This document shows positions 26,626 to 32,000 of a stretch of 32,000 nt of DNA, one piece after another. The translations under genes were made by a program, and so were the position numbers. Origin of the DNA: Erysipelothrix larvae (GTDB taxonomy: Bacteria > Bacillota_I > Bacilli_A > Erysipelotrichales > Erysipelotrichaceae); assembly GCF_001545095.1 (NCBI RefSeq), contig NZ_CP013213.1, forward strand, positions 1,530,001 to 1,562,000, given 5' to 3'. The notes under the pieces were generated by a model that was not told the origin of the DNA, ran no database searches, and worked only from the letters and a program-made list of their open reading frames with translations. Positions within the stretch are counted from its first letter, which is position 1. Every line of letters starts with the position of its first letter.

Positions 26626-27615
26626 TTATTTTTTCGCAATGTACTTACGAATATCAACGGCTACCGCTACAATAATAATAACACCTTGAATTACAGATTG
26701 CATCGCGGTATCGATACCCATAAATTGAAGGGCGGTTTTCATAAGTTCAAATACAAGAACACCGGTTAAGACACCCGATACTGAACCAACACCACCGGTT
26801 GTGGAAACACCACCGATTGTTGCGGCAGCAATCGCTTCAAGTTCATAACCTGTACCATAACTAATGGAGCCACCTCCTGATTTCGCAGAAAGTAAGAACC
26901 CTGCAATACCATAGAATAGACCAGCAAGTGCATAAATCTTAATTTTTGAACGTTTAACATTAACCCCAGATACTTCTGCAGCGTTTTCGTTTCCACCAAT
27001 TGCATACATGTATTTACCATACCGTGTTTTACGGTATGCAAAGGAAACAATGAGTCCAATGACCGTTGCGATAATCACAAGGTATGGGATTCCAAACAGA
27101 TTTCCTGTTGCAACTCGTGAAAACTCTGGTTTTAAAGCACCAATTGGTTGCCCTTTAGAATAGATTAAGTTAATCCCATAGACAATAACTTGCATCCCTA
27201 AGGTTGCGATAAATGGTGGTACACTGAAGTAAGCAATGACAATCCCGTTGATCATCCCAAGTAATGTTGTAATGACAACAATTAAGAGAAGGATTGCGAA
27301 GATGTTATAATCGCCTGCCCAAGGGAAGAATTTATCAGCATAGTCGTAGCGTTGAAGTAAACTTGCAGCGACAACAGCTCCTAAACCAATAATACGCCCA
27401 GCAGACAAGTCGGTCCCTTTAACAATCAAACATCCACTAATACCAAGTGCTACGATGAAACGCACTGCAACGTTTGTACTCACACTGCGTATGTTTGCGA
27501 TTGATAAAAAGTTTGGTTCGTTGATTGCGACAAAGGCAACCATCACAAATAAAATAATGGTTATTGCGTTTTTAGATAAGAATGATTTCAAATCCATTTG
27601 TTTCAAATTATTCAT
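26626..27615 (-). CDS. mglC: Galactose/methyl-galactoside ABC transporter permease
   Basis: 329 aa polytopic CUT2-type permease with an AAGGAG RBS, in operon context with mglB, mglA and galK. Confidence 0.75.
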   Translation of the reverse strand: MNNLKQMDLKSFLSKNAITIILFVMVAFVAINEPNFLSIANIRSVSTNVAVRFIVALGISGCLIVKGTDLSAGRIIGLGAVVAASLLQRYDYADKFFPWAGDYNIFAILLLIVVITTLLGMINGIVIAYFSVPPFIATLGMQVIVYGINLIYSKGQPIGALKPEFSRVATGNLFGIPYLVIIATVIGLIVSFAYRKTRYGKYMYAIGGNENAAEVSGVNVKRSKIKIYALAGLFYGIAGFLLSAKSGGGSISYGTGYELEAIAAATIGGVSTTGGVGSVSGVLTGVLVFELMKTALQFMGIDTAMQSVIQGVIIIVAVAVDIRKYIAKK

Positions 27616-27626
27616 TTCAATTCTCC

Positions 27627-29135
27627 TTACATGAATTTAGTTGCGAGCGTCATGATTTTTTCTTGCGTTGCTTCTTCTTTATCAAGAATGCCACTTTGAC
27701 GTCCTTCACACATAATCATAATACGATCTGACATTCCCAATAATTCAGACATTTCAGAACTGATCATGATAATTGATTTACCTTGTGCCACAAGGTCGTT
27801 CATAATCGTATAGATTTCATATTTAGCACCAACATCAATCCCCCGTGTTGGCTCATCCAAGATGAGAACATCTGGATCATTGGCAAGCCATCGTGAGATT
27901 AACACTTTTTGCTGGTTTCCCCCTGACAATGACATAATCTTTGTGCTATTGCTTGGTGTTTTGATACTCAGCTTTTCGATGCTTTCATTCACAATCTTAT
28001 CGACTTTCTTTTGATTAATTTTAAATCCTTCGACATATTGATCAATTGAAGCAATGGCAACATTATCAGTAATTGATAATACGCCTAAGATTCCGGTTGC
28101 TCTACGATCTTCTGTAAGGAGTGCAATTTTGTTTTTAATTGCATCTTGTGGTCTTGAAATTTTAAGAATTTTACCATCTTTAACAATTAACCCATCGGCT
28201 ACTGTACGGATTCCAAACAAGGCTTCCACCATTTCAGTCCGTTGTGCCCCTACCAGTCCACCAATTCCTAAGATTTCTCCTTTTCTTAAATTAAAGGAAA
28301 TGTTCTTAAAGGAACGGGGGTTTACAGAAGTGATATTTTGAACTTCAAGTTTCACTTCTTCGCTTGGTACGACATCACGACTTGGGAACAAGTCCGTTAA
28401 TTCACGGCCAACCATTTGAGCAATAATTGCATCAATTGTCATTTCATTTGCAGGCCATGTTCCAACATATTTACCATCACGCATGATGGAAATATCATCA
28501 GAAATTCTCAAAATTTCATCCATCTTGTGAGAAATATAGATGATTGACACACCGTCATTACGCAGTTTATTAATAATCGTGAAGAGAACTTCAACTTCTG
28601 ATTGCGTCAGTGATGAAGTTGGTTCATCCATAATAATAACTTTGGCTTGATGTGAAATTGCTTTGGCAATCTCAACCGATTGCATTTGTGATACAGAGAG
28701 TTCCTTAAGTTTGGTAGTTGGTGGTAGTGGTAATTCAATGCTTTTAAGGACTTCTTCCGCATCTTTATTCATTTTTGCATGATCGACCATCTTTAGCGGT
28801 CCAACATTCTTTAAAGGATAATTTCCCAAATAAATATTTTCAGCAATCGTCATTTCAGTAATCGGTTGTAATTCTTGATGTATCATTGCTATCCCATGTT
28901 CTAAAGCATCATTTGAATCTTTAAAACTCACGGGTTCACCATTAAACTTTATTTCACCAGCATCCATTGAATAAATACCAAATAAGCATTTCATCAATGT
29001 TGACTTACCGGCACCATTTTCACCCATTAATGCATGAACGGTTCCTTTACGAACTTTGAGTGAAACGTTGTCTAATGCTTTTACCCCTGGGAAACTTTTT
29101 GATATGTTCATCATTTCTAATTGAATATCAATCAT
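27627..29135 (-). CDS. mglA: Galactose/methyl-galactoside ABC transporter ATP-binding protein (duplicated ABC domains)
   Basis: Walker A GENGAGKST, signature LSVSQMQ / LSGGNQQK, Walker B IIMDEPT / LILDEPT. 502 aa, typical of CUT2 ATPases. Confidence 0.85.
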   Translation of the reverse strand: MIDIQLEMMNISKSFPGVKALDNVSLKVRKGTVHALMGENGAGKSTLMKCLFGIYSMDAGEIKFNGEPVSFKDSNDALEHGIAMIHQELQPITEMTIAENIYLGNYPLKNVGPLKMVDHAKMNKDAEEVLKSIELPLPPTTKLKELSVSQMQSVEIAKAISHQAKVIIMDEPTSSLTQSEVEVLFTIINKLRNDGVSIIYISHKMDEILRISDDISIMRDGKYVGTWPANEMTIDAIIAQMVGRELTDLFPSRDVVPSEEVKLEVQNITSVNPRSFKNISFNLRKGEILGIGGLVGAQRTEMVEALFGIRTVADGLIVKDGKILKISRPQDAIKNKIALLTEDRRATGILGVLSITDNVAIASIDQYVEGFKINQKKVDKIVNESIEKLSIKTPSNSTKIMSLSGGNQQKVLISRWLANDPDVLILDEPTRGIDVGAKYEIYTIMNDLVAQGKSIIMISSEMSELLGMSDRIMIMCEGRQSGILDKEEATQEKIMTLATKFM

Positions 29136-29160
29136 AAACTAAGCTCCTCATTCTTAATAA

Positions 29161-29188
29161 ATCAAGTGTGCGTTTAAGCACACTTGAT
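29161..29188 (-). promoter_or_regulatory. Intercistronic 11-bp perfect hairpin between mglB and mglA
   Basis: ATCAAGTGTGC-N6-GCACACTTGAT, 12 nt after the mglB stop, with no long T run. Confidence 0.55.
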
Positions 29189-29199
29189 CACTTCATTCA

Positions 29200-30174
29200 T
29201 TATTGTTCTTTAACAACTTTCACATAGTCTACCCAGTAGTGAGTATCTACAGATTCGCCATCGAGTAATCGTAATGCTACATCTACAGCTTTTGTTGCTT
29301 GCCCTTCAGCGTCATTTAATACTGTACCAGTAATACGGCCTTCATTAACTAAAGTAACAACTTCGTCAAGCGCATCAACACCTACTAGGTAAATGTCTTC
29401 ACCAACTGTGCGACCAGCGGATTCGATTGCTTGTAATGCTCCAAGTGCCATCGCATCATTATTTGCGAAGATAACTTCTACTTTGTCACCAAATTGTGCT
29501 AAAGCACCAGCAGCAATTTCTTGCCCTTTAGGTTGTTCCCAGTCACCACGTTGTTCAAGTAGTTTGTCGACTGTAACACCAGCGTCTGTTAATGCTTTGA
29601 TTGAATATTCTGTACGATATTGTGCATCAATGTTTGCAGGGTCTCCCACGATCATTACATAAGAAACAACGCCATCACCATTAATATCGCCTTTTGTTTC
29701 AAGGTCTAAGATGATTTGTCCTTGGAATGTTCCAGATTGACGTGCGTCAGCTCCAACATAAGCAGTTCTGCCTTCCCAAATTAGGAGGTCATCTTCAGCT
29801 GGTTCACGGTTGATAAATACAACTGGAATCTCTGCAGCTTTTGCTTTATCAATAACGGTTGCAGCAGATGCTGGGTCAACTAAGTTTGCAATGATTAAAT
29901 CCATACCTTGTGAGATGAATGCATCAATTTGGTTAGTTTGTTCAGCTTGATCCCCTTTACCATCTTGGAATGTTAATTCATAAGTTACTGAATCGGTATT
30001 TTTTGCTTCGAAGATCTTAGCGAGTTGTTCACGATAAACAGTCATGAAGTTATCATCATACTTATAGATTGCAACCCCAATCTTAACTGTTTTTGATTCG
30101 CTTCCTGAAGCGCCACATGCTGTTAGCATTGCTAAAGCAACAAAAACAAATAGAATCTTAGAAATCTTTCTCAT
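29200..30174 (-). CDS. mglB: Galactose/glucose-binding lipoprotein
   Basis: Lipobox LTAC-G. IGVAIYKYDDNFMTVYRE compares with E. coli MglB IGVTIYKYDDNFMSVVRK. FANNDAMALGA and GVDAL are conserved. Confidence 0.9.
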   Translation of the reverse strand: MRKISKILFVFVALAMLTACGASGSESKTVKIGVAIYKYDDNFMTVYREQLAKIFEAKNTDSVTYELTFQDGKGDQAEQTNQIDAFISQGMDLIIANLVDPASAATVIDKAKAAEIPVVFINREPAEDDLLIWEGRTAYVGADARQSGTFQGQIILDLETKGDINGDGVVSYVMIVGDPANIDAQYRTEYSIKALTDAGVTVDKLLEQRGDWEQPKGQEIAAGALAQFGDKVEVIFANNDAMALGALQAIESAGRTVGEDIYLVGVDALDEVVTLVNEGRITGTVLNDAEGQATKAVDVALRLLDGESVDTHYWVDYVKVVKEQ

Positions 30175-30229
30175 TTTTTCTCCTCCAACTTCTTAAGTTC
30201 TAGTAAAATTTAGTAATTCTACACACATA

Positions 30230-30258
30230 ATTTACTAAATGTAAGCGCTTCTGTCAAT
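30230..30258 (-). promoter_or_regulatory. mglB promoter (TTGACA-N17-TAAATT) with an embedded cre/LacI-type site TGTAAGCGCTTCTG
   Basis: On the minus strand, -35 is at 30258..30253 and -10 is at 30235..30230. The 14-mer at 30241..30254 matches cre (WTGNAANCGNWNNCW) except at the last two positions. Confidence 0.5.
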
Positions 30259-30322
30259 ACCTTTTTATCATTCTTTAATAAAATTATTAAATATAGTCGC
30301 GATTTAACATGAATTATTAACG

Positions 30323-30346
30323 AAAAAAAAGGCTTTAGAAGCCTTT
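30323..30346 (-). terminator. Rho-independent terminator of the LacI-family gene
   Basis: The minus strand reads AAAGGCTT-CTA-AAGCCTTT followed by T8. Confidence 0.8.
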
Positions 30347-30351
30347 ATTCG

Positions 30352-31341
30352 TTATATTTTAAATGCACTGTCTCTTTCAATTAATTTTGTTGAAAGACTT
30401 ATTTTGTAATTGATCGTTTCAGGATTATTCATCGAATGCATCAATGAAATTACTGCAGCTTCACTCATCGCACGCATATCAAGTCGGATCGTTGTAAGTG
30501 GTGGGTTGAAGTATTGGGCTGTTTTGATATCATTAAACCCAACAATCGAGATGTTTTTGTTTTGTTCTCCGATTGCTCTGAGTGCTCCCATCGCAATGGT
30601 ATCACTTTCGCAGAAAAAAGCAGTGGGCACTGATTCCTTTTGGAGTGCTTCAAGCATTGAATGATACCCTGTTTTCGCAGTGAAGTCTTTGATATAGATA
30701 TCATCTGGGTTCATGTTAACCCCTGGTTCACGACTCATATATTCAATAAATGTTTTTTCACGCTTATCCACATATTCTTCCTTATCAGGACCGATGTATT
30801 CACGTCCCCCAATAAATCCAATATGTGCATGGCCTAAAGACCGTAAATAATCAAGCGCTTTTTCAGTTGCTTTCTCAAAATCGAACACAACACTACAGAA
30901 TCGATCGCCATCAGGATTTGAATCAACAAACACAATACTTTTCACATGTTCCTTTAATATCTCTGCTTGCTTAATTGAGAACTTACCCACACATGCAAGG
31001 CCTCCCAAATTATAATTTTCTAATACAGAATGCATATCCTCTTTATAGTATAAATGAACTTTATACCCCTTGCGCGTTAACACCGATTCAATTGCCTTAC
31101 GCAATTCATAATAGTAAGGGTCTACTTCTTCTTCAAATCGGGAAATCCATTGCATAACACCAATCTCGCATAATTGATCAGGTTTCTTGTTTCGTTTGAT
31201 GTATCCCATCTCATCAGCGATTCTTTTCACATCTTCGCGAGTTTCATCACGTACACTTAAAAGAGGATCATTGCGCAAAATTCGAGAAACGGTTGCACTG
31301 CTTACATTGGCACGCTTTGCAATATCTTTAATTTTGACCAT
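30352..31341 (-). CDS. LacI family transcriptional regulator (probable galactose-operon regulator)
   Basis: N-terminal HTH MVKIKDIAKRANVSSATVSRILRN and a periplasmic-binding-protein-like core. GGAGG RBS. It lies directly upstream of mglBAC-galK on the same strand. Confidence 0.85.
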   Translation of the reverse strand: MVKIKDIAKRANVSSATVSRILRNDPLLSVRDETREDVKRIADEMGYIKRNKKPDQLCEIGVMQWISRFEEEVDPYYYELRKAIESVLTRKGYKVHLYYKEDMHSVLENYNLGGLACVGKFSIKQAEILKEHVKSIVFVDSNPDGDRFCSVVFDFEKATEKALDYLRSLGHAHIGFIGGREYIGPDKEEYVDKREKTFIEYMSREPGVNMNPDDIYIKDFTAKTGYHSMLEALQKESVPTAFFCESDTIAMGALRAIGEQNKNISIVGFNDIKTAQYFNPPLTTIRLDMRAMSEAAVISLMHSMNNPETINYKISLSTKLIERDSAFKI

Positions 31342-31384
31342 AATTTACCTCCTTTTCACACTAATAATAGCATGTTAAGAGAAG

Positions 31385-31401
31385 TTAGTAAACTTTACTA
31401 A
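31385..31401. promoter_or_regulatory. Perfect 17-bp palindrome TTAGTAAA-C-TTTACTAA in the LacI-family gene's promoter region
   Basis: Self-complementary, 44 nt upstream of ATG 31341. The same half-site recurs three times in the mglB leader (30202..30209, 30211..30217, 30232..30240). Confidence 0.45.
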
Positions 31402-31478
31402 ATCTTTTTTACTAATATTTGATAAAAAAGTCACAATCCTTATATCTCAATCCAAGAAATCTGGGTAAAAAACCCTTA

Positions 31479-31748
31479 TTAGTGCGCCCACACATCTTTG
31501 TATTCATCAGATTTTTCGAATTCTCTTTTGACATAAGGGCATTGAGGTATGATTTTTAGTCCTTTTGCACGTGCCATTTCAACACTTGCATCTAAAAGAT
31601 CTTTTGCTAAACCCTGCCCACGGTAATCTGGATTCACAAAAGTATGATCAATTGTAATCACACCTTCGCCTTCAATCCAAGTGATTTCACCAATTTCGCG
31701 TGCATCATCAAAAAGTACAATTCGTGTTTTTTCTAGTTTTAGTTTCAT
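31479..31748 (-). CDS. Small GNAT-fold N-acetyltransferase (YjdJ / Acetyltransf_CG-like)
   Basis: 89 aa. VNPDYRGQGLAKDLL (acetyl-CoA binding Q/RxxGxG/A) and ...IIPQCPYV at the C-terminus. AAGGAG RBS. Confidence 0.75.
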   Translation of the reverse strand: MKLKLEKTRIVLFDDAREIGEITWIEGEGVITIDHTFVNPDYRGQGLAKDLLDASVEMARAKGLKIIPQCPYVKREFEKSDEYKDVWAH

Positions 31749-32000
31749 TTGTATACTCCTTTTTCCTCTACACTTATTATATCAAACTCCACAAGATCGG
31801 TTGATCTTTGTGCAATCAAATCGTGGGCATGTTCATTTCCTTCAAAATTTGGTATACTTTTAGGTGTGGTTATTATGAGTGATACAGTGTGATGATTGAT
31901 ACCTTTTATATTTTTGAATCATTATACCCTCACGCGTATCAGTAAAAACCCTTGTGGTTTTAACGGTATTTTTGTGTTTGTAGTCTCATATTATCAAGCT

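Overview
This is a 32 kb stretch of a low-GC, Bacillota-type chromosome. GC is roughly 37-38% by eye, RBSs are AGGAGG-like, there are many Rho-independent hairpins, and most genes are on the minus strand. I support 27 protein-coding genes (one truncated by the window edge and absent from the ORF track), one possible 14-codon uORF, one intact ISL3-like insertion sequence with a target-site duplication, and a set of terminators and operator-like palindromes. I saw no rRNA, tRNA, CRISPR array, prophage, or recognisable defence or toxin-antitoxin system.

Most of the window is ordinary housekeeping or accessory metabolism:
- a VOC dioxygenase-like gene, a CorA-like channel, an M42 peptidase and an M23/LysM/G5 peptidase;
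- an AEC permease with a D-2-hydroxyacid dehydrogenase;
- PadR with a membrane partner, DNA glycosylases, a ChbG-like gene, an APH-family kinase and a GH1 6-phospho-beta-glucosidase;
- a PAS-GGDEF protein, a LacI-mglBAC-galK galactose locus and a small GNAT.

The most unusual part is the left 7.3 kb. Three paralogous Mga/RofA-like regulators bracket a two-gene module: a SipW-type (archaeal/ER-type) signal peptidase followed by a 771-aa secreted protein. That protein's N-terminus carries the SipW-cognate, CalY/TasA-like motif, and it is fused to two Ig-like (DUF5011-like) domains and a 7-bladed RCC1 beta-propeller. This is my best candidate for an undescribed system (a SipW-processed matrix or adhesin protein). 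It rests only on motif reading, and I cannot establish novelty without database searches.

Other points worth a second look:
- the IS has inserted exactly between a gene's stop codon and its terminator;
- one ORF fuses two HhH-GPD glycosylase domains, with Tag nearby;
- several promoters carry perfect palindromes.

All domain boundaries are approximate and all family calls come from remembered motifs, not searches.
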